Below the pieces are notes generated by a model that was not told where the DNA came from, searched no databases, and saw only the letters and a list, made by a program, of their open reading frames with translations. Below are positions 49,397 through 60,074 of a DNA stretch of 64,000 nucleotides, in pieces. Both the position numbers and the translations under genes were made by a program. Source of the DNA: Terriglobia bacterium (GTDB lineage Bacteria > Acidobacteriota > Terriglobia > 20CM-2-55-15); contig CBDAOY010000007.1 in NCBI GenBank assembly GCA_965198225.1, forward strand, positions 832,001 through 896,000, in the 5' to 3' direction. The number at the start of each line of letters is the position of its first letter. Position 1 is the stretch's first letter.

Positions 49397-50640
49397 TCCG
49401 GACTGGTTTCGAGATGGTTCACTGCGACCCTGCCGTCCGTAACCACGACGACGACGTCCTGCAGCGCGATGATGTCGTCCAGCGGATTCTGGTCGACGAC
49501 GATCAGGTCGGCTTCCATCCCAGCTCTGATCGAGCCGGTACGCTCCTCGATGCCCAATAACTCTGCGGCCGTCGTCGTCGCGGACTGAATCGCGACCATC
49601 GGCGGAAGTCCGGCGCGGACGAGTTCCTCGACCTCGTGTTGTATCCTGACGACGCTGCCGGGCGAGTAGCCGGTGTCGGTCGCCGCGACGACCTTGACTC
49701 CAGCCTCGTGTGCTTTGCGGGCCGCCGCCAACAGTCTCTCGTACATGAATCGTCCGCGGATCTGCAGGGTCGGCGAGTCGTAGTCGCCCCCTGGATGCAT
49801 CAGGTCGGTGACGATCGCGATGGTGGGAACCAGGAAGGTCCCGTTCTGGCTCATCAGACGGATTGTCTCGTCGCTCACGTATGTTCCGTGTTCGATGCTG
49901 CGCACACCAGCCCGAACCGCGGCCTGCGCCCCACCGTCGCCGTGAGCGTGAACCGCGACCGGAATACCGCGCTCCGAAGCGGTTTCCACCGCCGCGGCGA
50001 TTTCCTCCTGGGTGAAGATCTGGCGGCGCGGGTTCGTGTTCGGCAGCCCGGCCCGGTCGGTGGCGACCACCTTGATGAAATCGACGTCGTGTTCGAGGAG
50101 CTTCGACACGACACGCCGGATGTTGGCGGCCCCGCGGACCTTGTTCGGACCCATCAGATCGCCCAGAGAAGGCTCGTTGATGAAGAAACTGGGATCGATA
50201 GTCGGCCGCACGTGGTAGCCGGCAGCCAGGATCTCGGGTCCGTCCAGGTATCCATTGTCGCCCAGGTCGCCGAGTCCGGCATCGGCAAAGTTTGCGACGC
50301 CCATGCTTCGCGCAGTCGTCACGCCTGAAATCAGGGCCGCCCTCGCCTGCCCGGTGCTCGCGATGTGGACATGCGCGTCGATCAAGCCCGGGAGCAGATA
50401 GCGACCCTCCAGGTCGATCGAGCGGATGCCTTCCGGGACGCTGCCGTCTCTCGATACGCTTTCGATCTTGCCCTCGCGAACTATGACTGTTGCGTTTTCG
50501 ACAGGCTCCGCTCCACTACCGTCGATCACGACCGCGTGCGTGATTACCAGATCTCCGGTCCCCTGGACGGCCTCGACATTGGGAACCGCTGCAGCCAGAA
50601 GGATCAACACGATCGAGATCGGTACTGAGTTCTTTGTCAT
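49393..50640 (-). CDS. Amidohydrolase (prolidase-like), exported
   Basis: 'LPGLIDAHVH', 'VHAHG', 'SIEHG', 'AATDTG'; signal peptide MTKNSVP. Confidence 0.9.
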   Translation of the reverse strand: MTKNSVPISIVLILLAAAVPNVEAVQGTGDLVITHAVVIDGSGAEPVENATVIVREGKIESVSRDGSVPEGIRSIDLEGRYLLPGLIDAHVHIASTGQARAALISGVTTARSMGVANFADAGLGDLGDNGYLDGPEILAAGYHVRPTIDPSFFINEPSLGDLMGPNKVRGAANIRRVVSKLLEHDVDFIKVVATDRAGLPNTNPRRQIFTQEEIAAAVETASERGIPVAVHAHGDGGAQAAVRAGVRSIEHGTYVSDETIRLMSQNGTFLVPTIAIVTDLMHPGGDYDSPTLQIRGRFMYERLLAAARKAHEAGVKVVAATDTGYSPGSVVRIQHEVEELVRAGLPPMVAIQSATTTAAELLGIEERTGSIRAGMEADLIVVDQNPLDDIIALQDVVVVVTDGRVAVNHLETSPD

Positions 50641-50697
50641 TGATTGATTCAACACTCTAGACCTCCTTGTAAGGCGATCGCCCGTCTGCTCGCTTCG

Positions 50698-50848
50698 AGT
50701 CGCCTGTAACAGTGCTATCGGCACCATCGCCGCCGTCTTCGGTGTCGTAACGCCCTCGCAATGAAACAGCATTGGCTCGGGGGGCACTCCTAGAATCCGA
50801 CGCCGTTCGGCCGAACGCTGGTACCGATAGCACTGTTACAGGTCACTG
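50698..50848. mobile_element. MITE family A, short copy
   Basis: Same TIRs and body as 39431-39704 but lacks ~120 internal bp. Confidence 0.8.
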
Positions 50849-50997
50849 GTGACCTCGAAGACCTTATAGAGTCGGACAACTTCGATGTCAAGGCCGCATG
50901 CACGTGACGATTCTACTTGACGCAGGGTGCCCTAATGCGAGATCAAGAGGCCAAACAGCTCTGGTCGCATCCGCGGTGAGGATCGCGTCGATGACGG

Positions 50998-51360
50998 GTG
51001 GCTATGGTGACGGTTGAACAGCGTGACAACGACGGTATCCCTGTGCTCGATGTGACAGGGCGTCTGTCCGCGGGCGAGGCGGCCGACTACCTGGTGAACC
51101 GCGTACGGGTAGCTATGGAGGCTGGCGGTAATCGGCTCGTCATCAACCTCTCCGGCGTGGGCTATATCGACAGCCTGGGTCTGGAGGCGCTGCTGGAGAT
51201 CCACAATCTGATCCGCGGTAGAAAGGGCGAGGTCAAACTGCTCAATCCGACCGAAAAAGTCGAAGAGTTGCTGCGGATGACACGGCTGACCACCGTGTTC
51301 GACATTGATACCGACGAATCGGCGGCCGTGGCAGCGTTGAAAGAGACTGGCAAGTCTTAG
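50998..51360 (+). CDS. STAS-domain anti-sigma factor antagonist
   Basis: 'VINLSGVGYIDSLGL', 'LLRMTRLTTVF'. Confidence 0.9.
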   Translation: MAMVTVEQRDNDGIPVLDVTGRLSAGEAADYLVNRVRVAMEAGGNRLVINLSGVGYIDSLGLEALLEIHNLIRGRKGEVKLLNPTEKVEELLRMTRLTTVFDIDTDESAAVAALKETGKS

Positions 51361-51371
51361 AAATCAGTTCG

Positions 51372-51450
51372 AAGTCCGAGGTCCAAAGTCTGCGAAGAGT
51401 GGGATAGACAGTGGATTCGATCCTCGACCTTGGACCTCGGACGCTGGACT
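51372..51450. repeat. Inverted heptamer repeats (AAGTCCG/AGGTCCA ... TGGACCT/CGGACGC)
   Basis: Between convergent STAS and CAP genes; same unit at 44513-44540. Confidence 0.65.
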
Positions 51451-51455
51451 GTAGT

Positions 51456-52292
51456 CTAGTTGATCTGTACCATCGGTCCCGGGAAGATCGCAAACCTCAG
51501 GCTGCTGCCTTCCCGAAAATAGAAACGCAGCTGGTAGGCTCCGGTCGGAACGAACAAGCGCCCCAGCCTGACCGGCAGCGGCTCCGACAGCGACTCCTGC
51601 ATCTCCGGCGACCACAGGTCCACGAATTCCGCTATCCGAAAGGTCCCTGCTCCGGCCGACACCACTGGGAAGTTGGTTACGGCTCCCCACCCGAACTCTG
51701 TCGGAACCGGGTCCTTCGTGTATGCCTGGACCGAAGCGAACAGCTGGGTCGCCATGATTTCGACGGTGAGAACCTCGCGCCCTGCCGCCTGGGACACTCC
51801 GACGCCCAGATGCGTCGAACCCGCGGTGAGGATGTTCGCCCGGTGTCCCGGACTGCCCATCAGGCTTTTCATGACATCGCGGGCGACGCTGGCGGTTTCG
51901 GTGAGGTCTCCGCGAATCCCCATCCAGATGTTCTCCGCCGTGGTTCCGATCAGGCGGCGGTGCCGTTCGGCTACCCTTGCGGCCGGACCCTGGCCGTCGG
52001 GGTTCTGGTGACTGAAGAACTCGCGTTCCATCATGTCCATGCTGTGGTCCCGTGCGATCTCGGTCAGCTCGTTTTCGTGCACGACGGCATTCAATCCGTG
52101 TTCCAGACGGATCTCGTTCACCCTTTCGAAGATGAGCTTCTCCGCCCGCAGGAGAAGGACCTGGGTCCGTTGCGGTGTGAAGATTTCCTGCTGGCCGGAC
52201 TCCGCCGAAAGCGTCGGCGTGCCTTGGGGAACGAGCGACAGCGCCAGGGCGACGAGCAGCGTCAGCAATATGGGCACTCGGTTCGTGTTCAT
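51456..52292 (-). CDS. CAP/SCP domain protein, exported
   Basis: 'VNEIRLEHGL', 'ARDHSMDM', 'FFSH', 'AENI', 'MGSPGHRANIL'. Confidence 0.9.
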   Translation of the reverse strand: MNTNRVPILLTLLVALALSLVPQGTPTLSAESGQQEIFTPQRTQVLLLRAEKLIFERVNEIRLEHGLNAVVHENELTEIARDHSMDMMEREFFSHQNPDGQGPAARVAERHRRLIGTTAENIWMGIRGDLTETASVARDVMKSLMGSPGHRANILTAGSTHLGVGVSQAAGREVLTVEIMATQLFASVQAYTKDPVPTEFGWGAVTNFPVVSAGAGTFRIAEFVDLWSPEMQESLSEPLPVRLGRLFVPTGAYQLRFYFREGSSLRFAIFPGPMVQIN

Positions 52293-52419
52293 CGAATTTG
52301 CGAGGTGTCGAGTTCGCGGATCAACTCCATTTTACACGTGTTCGCATCGGATGTGCCTGCGGCGTCAAGCTTCGAAACGGCTTCGAACCCGGGAGGGCTC
52401 AGGCGGTTCGACTGGCCAG

Positions 52420-52583
52420 CCCGGATTATTCATGGATTGTCTACTGCAGCGGCGGATACACTCGCAGATACGGCGTTGCGCTAACGGGTCGCCCTCGGCA
52501 TTCGATCCAGACACGCCGTCTTCGCGCGCCTTGTCTCTGCGGCGTCTCCACCGCTTCGCGACGACAACCACGAATAATCCGGG
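52420..52583. mobile_element. MITE family B, copy 2
   Basis: TIRs CCCGGATTATTCA / CGAATAATCCGGG, flanks CCAG/CTAG. Confidence 0.75.
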
Positions 52584-52587
52584 CTAG

Positions 52588-54124
52588 GAGTCTGCGCGGC
52601 AGAGCGCAAAGAACTCGGACTGATTGGGATTTGAGAGGGTCTTCGGAGGAGAATCGACCGATTCTTCCGATACGACGAGTTCAGAGTTGTACGGACACCC
52701 GTAATTGGCCGTGTATCGGGTCTGCCGGGTTGCGGTTTTCCGGATTATGCCCATTCGATCTTCCCGTTCATCCGTCGTAAGTTCACCGCCAGAGTGACCA
52801 GATTCCACTCCCCGGTCACTTTGTCCAAACCGCGTAGACTGAACTGTCGGAATCCGAGCACCGACTTGATCCACCCGAAGGGCGGCTCACCAATGTGCTT
52901 TCGGGCCCGGTAGCGGTCACGCCCACGCTTGGTTTTCATCTTTCTCATCATCCGACCAACAGCGGTGTCTTTGGGTGGGAGTGGGGCACGGGCGAGATCC
53001 TTCTCGCGACCCATCGCAACATACCCGTCAATCTGACGTTGTTCCAACATCCCCAGATTTGACTCGGATCGATATCCCGCATCGGCCAGCACGCGGTCGG
53101 GACGCTCCCCCAGATTGTCGCTCAACGCATCCAGCGTGGGTTCCAACTGCCCCACATCCGATGCATTGTCAGTCACCGTTGTTGCCACGATGATCCGGGC
53201 CTGGGAATCCACCACCGCTTGCGCGTTGTAGCATTGCTGGAACCCTTCGGTGGAGGTCTTCATCATCCGGCTTTCCGGGTCGGTGAAGTTGTCCTGGGCC
53301 GTGGGTTTAGGTTCCCCCATGGGACGTTTGAATGGCTTCTTTCCGCATCCGGGTTTGTGATCTTTGGTGTTCCGTCCCGCTTCCTTGTCCGCGGCCATCT
53401 GACGTTCTTCGAGCCGCTTCATGGCCGCCTGTATCGTGGCCAGGCGCTTCTTGCGCGTGGCCAACCCGTCGGGCAGTTCGTCTCCGCGCCGGTCCTTGCC
53501 GTATCGCTCGTCTTCGTCCTCATCGGTCGCCTCGGCCCGGTTCAACAGATCCCGAATCTGTTCACCCAATTCGGTCTCCTGCTTTTTCATGCGTTCGTAG
53601 CTCATCGCTTTGCGTTTGCTTGCATTCGCCCGCATCTTGGTCCCGTCCACCGCCACGGTTCCCATCTTCACCAGTCCCGCTTCCCGCGCCATCATCACCA
53701 CTTGCACAAACAGGTTTCCGAACTCCTCAAGATGCAGTTTGCGAAAATCCGAGATCGTTCGGTGCGCCGGAAAGTTCTCCGCTCCCAACATCCGGAACGC
53801 TACGTCGTCGGTCAACTTCGCCGCGATCTTCCTGGACGAGAACACTCCGGTCGCGTACCCATAAATCAGCACCTTCACCATCATCCGCGGATCAAACGCC
53901 TGATTGCCCGGACCCTCGGTTCCATACCGCTGTTCGAACGCGCTCAAATCCATCGCGTCCACCGCGTCCGATATGAAGTACGACAGGTGATCTTCGGCCA
54001 ACCAATCTCTCAACGACGGTGGCATCAGCAGTGTTTGTTCTGGGCTATAAGTCCGATAGGTTCGTGCCATGACATATCTTCGATCTTTATCCGCCCAATT
54101 CCGGTCCTTCTGCCGCGCAGACTC
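52588..54124 (-). mobile_element. Complete IS1182-family insertion sequence (1537 bp)
   Basis: 16-bp perfect TIR GAGTCTGCGCGGCAGA; CTAG direct repeats at 52584-52587 and 54125-54128. Confidence 0.93.
52745..54070 (-). CDS. IS1182-family DDE transposase
   Basis: 'LLMPPSLRDWL', 'GVFSSRKI', 'AVDGTKMRANAS', 'NFTDPESRMM', 'LADAGY', 'RQFSLRGL'. Confidence 0.95.
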   Translation of the reverse strand: MARTYRTYSPEQTLLMPPSLRDWLAEDHLSYFISDAVDAMDLSAFEQRYGTEGPGNQAFDPRMMVKVLIYGYATGVFSSRKIAAKLTDDVAFRMLGAENFPAHRTISDFRKLHLEEFGNLFVQVVMMAREAGLVKMGTVAVDGTKMRANASKRKAMSYERMKKQETELGEQIRDLLNRAEATDEDEDERYGKDRRGDELPDGLATRKKRLATIQAAMKRLEERQMAADKEAGRNTKDHKPGCGKKPFKRPMGEPKPTAQDNFTDPESRMMKTSTEGFQQCYNAQAVVDSQARIIVATTVTDNASDVGQLEPTLDALSDNLGERPDRVLADAGYRSESNLGMLEQRQIDGYVAMGREKDLARAPLPPKDTAVGRMMRKMKTKRGRDRYRARKHIGEPPFGWIKSVLGFRQFSLRGLDKVTGEWNLVTLAVNLRRMNGKIEWA

Positions 54125-54523
54125 CTAGCGGCCGGCGGGTCTTGCAAACCGGATCTTCAAGTCGGCGTTGGGGAATGTGATCACATCATCGAAGTTTAGA
54201 GCGTGGCTGCCTTCCACCTTGGAGCCGTTCACGAGGACGCCCATCCGCTGGCCCAGATCCTGGAGCTCGAATTTTCCGTCGTCGTGGGCGATACCGATGG
54301 ATTTGCGGGACATGCCGCCGTCCTGCACGAGCACGTGGTTTCCCTTTCCGCGTCCGATCCGGAGAGGGAACTCCCGCACCGGGATGTTGCACGGCTGACC
54401 GTACGGGACAGTGGCTTCGGGATCGTCGGCATACTTAGGCGAGTCCTCGACTCGTGCCGCAGGTGAAACCTCCAGCACGGCGAGTGGCGGACTTTCTGAT
54501 GACATTTTTTCGGGCCCCGACAC
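54125..54523 (-). CDS. FHA-domain protein (possibly degenerate)
   Basis: 'LRIGRG', 'MSRK', 'LQDLG..GVLVNG', 'DDVI'. Confidence 0.7.
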   Translation of the reverse strand: MSGPEKMSSESPPLAVLEVSPAARVEDSPKYADDPEATVPYGQPCNIPVREFPLRIGRGKGNHVLVQDGGMSRKSIGIAHDDGKFELQDLGQRMGVLVNGSKVEGSHALNFDDVITFPNADLKIRFARPAGR

Positions 54524-54694
54524 TCCAGTGGAATTCCTCGGATCTTATAAGAAGTTGATCTTCCAGGTCAAAATGTGAAATGTCAAATCTGCAATCTCGA
54601 ATCTTGCGTGCGGAACGGCCATGCCCGGTTGGCGTTGCGAAATTCTGGGCGTAGGCGGTAGCCTATCGAAGCTCTGAATGATGTCCGCGAAGGA

Positions 54695-56260
54695 GTGTGC
54701 GCCATTTCAACTGCCAGATCTTTCGTTCCGGTCGTCGCCATGTTTGTCTGTCTGCTCGGCGGTGCGTGGGCCCAGGAAGAAGAATTCGCAGTCGAGGAAG
54801 CGACGATCTCCCAAATCCACGAGGCGATGAGCTCGGGGCAAATCACCAGTCGCGCACTCGTCGAGATATACGTGGATCGAATCGAGGCATACGATAAAGA
54901 AGGGCCGCGGCTGAATTCCGTGATTTTCCTCAATCCCGAAGCACTCACGCGCGCCGAAGAGTTGGACCGGCGTTTCGAGCAATCCGGGTTGACCGGCCCC
55001 CTCCACGGTATCCCTATCCTGCTCAAGGACAACGTCAACACCGCGGACATGCCCACAACTGGCGGATCCCTCAGTCTCGAGGGAGTCGTTCCCCCCGACG
55101 ACGCCTTCATCACGAGGAGACTCCGCAGTGCGGGCGCTATCATTCTGGCGAAGGTCAACCTCCATGAATTCGCGACGCGTGGAGAGACCCGGAGTTCCGT
55201 GCTCGGTCAGACGTTGAACCCTTACGACCTGACGCGAACTCCAGGAGGATCGAGCGGAGGGACCGGCGCGGCGGTGGCGGCGAACTTCGGTGTCGCGGGC
55301 ATCGGCACCGATACGGTCAACTCGATCCGGTCTCCTGCGTCGGCAAACAGCCTGGTAGGAATCCGGCCCACCTTGGGCCTGGTCAGCCGTGGCGGCATCA
55401 TCCCGGTGTCGTCCACACAGGACACCGCAGGCCCGATTGCCCGGACGGTCGCAGACGCTGCGAGGGTGTTGGAAGTGATCGCCGGTCGCGACCCTCTAGA
55501 CGAGGCCACCGCCCTCAGCACGTTTAGCACGGGTCGGTCGGGAGGGTACCTCGACGCTCTGGACGCGGACGGTCTGCGAGGTGTTCGCCTGGGCGTGCTG
55601 CGGAGTTTTCTCGGTTCAGAAGACGTGCACCGGGAGGTCAACCGCGTGGTCGAACGGGCGCTCGTCCGGTTGCGGGACCAGGGTGCGAGCGTCGTCATGA
55701 TCGACGAGGTGTTCGATGCGGACCGGTTGATCGCCGACATCTCAGTCCATGCCCACGAGTACAGAGGCCTGTTGAACGACTACCTCGCGAGGCTCGGAAA
55801 CAACGCGCCGGCTTCGCTGGAGGAGATCATGTCGTCCGGCCGCCACGACCCGAGCATTGCCGGGTTCTTCAAAAGCGCGATCGACAACGCGTCGGCGCGA
55901 GACGACTACGACCGAAGACTCCGGCGCCGGGAGGAGCTGCAGGCGCGGCTGAGCCGGCTATTTGAAGACAATCGTCTGAACGCGCTCGTCTATCCTCTGC
56001 AGAAGAGATTAGTCGTTCCGATTGGTGAGGATCAGGTCGAGCGCAACGGAATCCTCGGTGCGGCCAGCGGTTTTCCCGCAATCACGGTTCCCGGCGGTTT
56101 TTCCACTGCAACCCAAACCGCGCCGATCGGTGTTCCGGTCGGAATCGAATTCCTCGGCCGGCCGTGGAGCGAAACGAAACTGATCAGTATCGCTTACGCG
56201 TTTGAACAGGCAACGCGTTTCCGGCGAGCGCCGGTGAGCACACCGCCGCTCGGTCGCTGA
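54695..56260 (+). CDS. Amidase-signature family enzyme, exported
   Basis: 'LLKDNVNT', 'PGGSSGGTG', 'GTDTVNSIRSPA'. Confidence 0.92.
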   Translation: MCAISTARSFVPVVAMFVCLLGGAWAQEEEFAVEEATISQIHEAMSSGQITSRALVEIYVDRIEAYDKEGPRLNSVIFLNPEALTRAEELDRRFEQSGLTGPLHGIPILLKDNVNTADMPTTGGSLSLEGVVPPDDAFITRRLRSAGAIILAKVNLHEFATRGETRSSVLGQTLNPYDLTRTPGGSSGGTGAAVAANFGVAGIGTDTVNSIRSPASANSLVGIRPTLGLVSRGGIIPVSSTQDTAGPIARTVADAARVLEVIAGRDPLDEATALSTFSTGRSGGYLDALDADGLRGVRLGVLRSFLGSEDVHREVNRVVERALVRLRDQGASVVMIDEVFDADRLIADISVHAHEYRGLLNDYLARLGNNAPASLEEIMSSGRHDPSIAGFFKSAIDNASARDDYDRRLRRREELQARLSRLFEDNRLNALVYPLQKRLVVPIGEDQVERNGILGAASGFPAITVPGGFSTATQTAPIGVPVGIEFLGRPWSETKLISIAYAFEQATRFRRAPVSTPPLGR

Positions 56261-56285
56261 ATCTCTTCTCCGACCCCTGAAAAGC

Positions 56286-58370
56286 ATGACCGGAAAAATT
56301 CGGATAGCAACTGACATCGGAGGCACGTTCACGGATCTGGTGTATTACGAGGTCGATCGTGAAACCGGCGCTCTGCAGGCAGTGAAGACTGCCAAGACGC
56401 ACACGACCCCGCCCGACTTTGAAGTGGGTGTCATGGATGCGCTGCAGAAACAGAATGTCGATCTCCGGGACGCCGAGTTCTTCGCCCACGGGACGACGGT
56501 CGTCATCAACGCCCTGACTGAGCGAAAAGGCGTCAAGACAGGGTTGATCACGACGCGGGGTTTCAGGGATGTCCTCGAGATCGGGCGCGGTAATCGGCCC
56601 GACTTCTTCAACCTGCGCTATTCCAAGCCCGCCCCCTTCGTGCCGCGCTTCCTCCGGAAGGAAATCACCGAGAGAGTCACTCATTCCGGAGAGGTGCATA
56701 CACCGCTCGCAGTCGATGAAGTCGACGGGATTCTCGAAACATTCCGGGAAGAAGGCGTCGAAGCGATTGCGGTGTGCCTGCTGCATGCCTACCGAAACCC
56801 CTCCCATGAGGAGCTTCTTGAAGCCAGGATTCTGGAAGCCTGGCCCGAGGTTGCCGTTGCGATCTCTCACAGGATCACGCGGGAGTGGCGGGAGTACGAG
56901 CGAACGAGCACGACCGTTCTCTCGGCCTACGTTCAACCCATCGCTCGGCACTATCTCGATCGCCTGGAAAAACGGCTCGCCGGCGAGGCGTTCGACGGCA
57001 CCCTCTACATCATGCAGTCCAACGGCGGGATCGACACTATCGAGGCAGCCCGTTCGACTCCGATCACGATGGTCGAGTCGGGACCGGCCAGCGGCGTTCT
57101 GGGCGCGGCGATGCTGGGCAAGTTGATCGGCCAGCCCAATGTGATCGCGCTCGATATCGGCGGGACCACCGCAAAATGTTCGTTGATCGAAGACGACCAG
57201 GTGCAGGTGACGAGCCAGTACCTGATCGAGCGAAGCCGGACCTCGGCTGGTTACCCGGTGATGACCCCGGTCGTCGATATCGTTGAGATCGGAAACGGAG
57301 GCGGGAGTATTGCCTGGATCGACGAGGACAATCGTCTCAGAGTCGGTCCCCGCAGTGCCGGCGCCGTGCCCGGACCGGTCGCCTACGGACAAGGCGGCAC
57401 CGAACCGACGACGACCGACGCGCACCTGCTGACCGGTCGTATCGATCCAGGCTACTTTTTCGGTGGCGAGATCACCGCTGACATGCAGGCTGTCGAAAGC
57501 GCGCTCGCCGAACTCGGAGCCCGGTTGGGCCTGAAGGCCGACGAGGCCGCCCGGGGTGTGATTCGCATCGCGAACCACAACATGATCAATGCGCTCAAAC
57601 TTGTCTCCATCAACCGAGGCCACGATCCCCGTGATTTCACGATGATTGCATTCGGCGGTGGTGGGGCGATGCATGCCACGGCATTGGCCGAGGAGCTCAA
57701 CGTTCCGAAGGTCGTCATACCGTCGAACTCGGCGGTCTTCTCGGCCTGGGGCATGTTGATGTCGGATCTTCGGCGAGACTATGTGCGCACCCGACCCATC
57801 GTCGTCCGCGACACCGCCGCGCTTGAGATCAACACGGTTCTCGAGGACATGGAGGCGTCGGCGACGTCGGAATTCGCGGGTGACGGGATAGGCCGCGATC
57901 GGTTGAGATTCGAACGGATGGTCGACATGAGGTATGACGGCCAGGAACACACGGTTCGGGTCGTTCTGCCCGCGGGCAAGATCGACGGGGAATCGTTGCC
58001 ACGGATCATCGAACGTTTTCACGAGAACTACGAAAGGGAATACACCTATCGGTTGGGGAACGAGGTGCAGCTGGTCAGCTATCGACTCGTTGCCTTCGGA
58101 CACGTCGACCAGCCCGGGCTGGAGCGCCTGCCGGACTCGACAAAGGCATCAGAGCAGCCCCTGAAGGGTCATCGCGAAGTGGATTTCGATGCGCGCGGCA
58201 CCCATCGTGCTACGATCTGGGATCGTCAACAGCTTCGAACCGGCGACAGCTTTGAGGGTCCTGCGATCATCGAGGAGCCTGCCAGTACCACTATCGTGTT
58301 CCCGGGCCAGAGCGTTGAAGTTGACGACTACGGCAACCTGCATGTCCAGGTGCGGCACGGAGGAGGATGA
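56286..58370 (+). CDS. Hydantoinase A/5-oxoprolinase subunit
   Basis: 'DIGGTFTD', 'HGTT', 'ESGPASG', 'DIGGTT', 'SAGAVPGP'. Confidence 0.95.
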   Translation: MTGKIRIATDIGGTFTDLVYYEVDRETGALQAVKTAKTHTTPPDFEVGVMDALQKQNVDLRDAEFFAHGTTVVINALTERKGVKTGLITTRGFRDVLEIGRGNRPDFFNLRYSKPAPFVPRFLRKEITERVTHSGEVHTPLAVDEVDGILETFREEGVEAIAVCLLHAYRNPSHEELLEARILEAWPEVAVAISHRITREWREYERTSTTVLSAYVQPIARHYLDRLEKRLAGEAFDGTLYIMQSNGGIDTIEAARSTPITMVESGPASGVLGAAMLGKLIGQPNVIALDIGGTTAKCSLIEDDQVQVTSQYLIERSRTSAGYPVMTPVVDIVEIGNGGGSIAWIDEDNRLRVGPRSAGAVPGPVAYGQGGTEPTTTDAHLLTGRIDPGYFFGGEITADMQAVESALAELGARLGLKADEAARGVIRIANHNMINALKLVSINRGHDPRDFTMIAFGGGGAMHATALAEELNVPKVVIPSNSAVFSAWGMLMSDLRRDYVRTRPIVVRDTAALEINTVLEDMEASATSEFAGDGIGRDRLRFERMVDMRYDGQEHTVRVVLPAGKIDGESLPRIIERFHENYEREYTYRLGNEVQLVSYRLVAFGHVDQPGLERLPDSTKASEQPLKGHREVDFDARGTHRATIWDRQQLRTGDSFEGPAIIEEPASTTIVFPGQSVEVDDYGNLHVQVRHGGG

Positions 58371-60074
58371 CAACAAAAGGGACATCGACTGACCTGACGC
58401 CCGAAGAATTCGATCCCGTTACGGTCGAGATCATCCAGAGCTCGCTCGGAGCGATCACCGACGAGATGTTCGCCACGATGCGCAAGACAGCGATGAGCTC
58501 GATCATTATACGAAGTGCTCGACTTTGGAGTGGCCGTCACCGACGCACGAGGGAACCTGGCGAGTTCGGGCAACGGAATACCTCCTTTCGTCGGCATGCT
58601 CGACTGGGCGGTCCGAACCGTCCTGGAGAAGCACGGCCGGCCAGGCGCCGTCCGTCCGGGCGACATCTTTGTCACGAACGATCCCCACCGTGGCGGGGTC
58701 AGTCATCTGAACGACGTTGCCATGGTTCTGCCCGTGTTCCTTAAAGATGAACTGATTGCCTGGGTCGCGAACAAGGCCCACTGGGTCGACGTCGGCGGGA
58801 TGTCGCCGGGCAGTATCAATCCCGAGGCCACCGAAGTTTTTCAGGAAGGGCTTCAACTGCCCGAGGTGAAGCTGTTCGAATGTGGGGAACCGATCGAGCC
58901 GGTCTTCGACATTATCAAGGCCAACAGCCGGCTGCCGGACACGACGATGGGCGATCTGTGGGCGGGTGTGGCATCCATGCGAGCCGGGGAGCGACGTTTG
59001 CTGGAGCTGGTGGAAAAGTACGGCAAGAACACGCTCCTGTATGCGTTCGAAAACTACCTGGATTACGGAGAGGCCGTATCTCGACGGGCATTATCGGAGC
59101 TTCCGAAAGGAACATTCGAGGCTGAGGACTTCCTCGACGACGGGCGACGTCTGTTTGCGCGTGTCTCCATCACTGACTCCGAGTTCGTCGTCGATCTCGG
59201 CGGCAACCCCTCGCAGGATGACGGGCCCTTCAACACTTCCTACGCGGCGACACTGGTTCACGCCCAGGTCTTCTTCAAGGCTGTCACGAGCCCGGACACG
59301 GTCGCCAACTCGGGCACGTTCCGTCCCCTGAAAGTGATCTGCGACGAGGGATCGATGTTCAATGCCCGGTATCCGGCCGCCCTCGGGCTGTACTACGAAT
59401 GCGGCATCCGCGTGTTCGACGTCATGTGGAAGGCGCTGGCGCCTCAGGTCCCGAACCGACTGACCGCCGGGCACTACAGTTCGATATGCGGAACCATCAT
59501 CGGCGGTATCCATCCCGAGACCGGCCGGCCGCACAGTTTCATCGAACCGGAAATCGGCGGATGGGGCGCCACCGATGGGAAGGACGGCGACAGCGCCCAA
59601 TACACCGGGGCGCACGGCGACACTTTCAACTGCCCGGTCGAAGTCAATGAGGCCCGCAACGGCGTTCACATCGATCAATACGCTTTCAACCAGGAGCCAG
59701 GCGGAGACGGACGGTTCCGGGGCGGCAAGGGGATCTATCTCGACTACCGCATCCGCGGGCGGGACTCCTGGATCACCGCCATGTACACGCGGGGCAAGCA
59801 CGCACCGTGGGGTCTTCGAGGAGGCCGAGAGGGGACCTACAACTATGTCCGGATTCTGCGCGGCAGCGGAGCCGACGAGACCTTCAACACCTGCACGGGC
59901 TTGAGGCTCGAACCCGGGGACGTCGTTCGCGTCGTCACCGCGACCGGTGGAGGATATGGCGATCCCCGGGACCGGCCCCGCGAGCGAGTCCTGGAAGACC
60001 TCAAGAACGAGTTCATCACAGCTGAACAGGCGCGCGAAGTCTATGGGGTAGAGGTAGGGGGGAGTGGGTCGTAG
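58367..60074 (+). pseudogene. Hydantoinase B/oxoprolinase subunit with single +1 frameshift near 58508
   Basis: 'RKTAMSSII' then a frame change to 'YEVLDFG'; 'TNDPH.GG.SHLND', 'HWVDVGG', 'GGGYG'. Confidence 0.85.

Noticed and set aside
58500-58520. Programmed frameshift in hydantoinase B
   Set aside because: No slippery run or stimulatory structure; a single-base error or mutation is more likely
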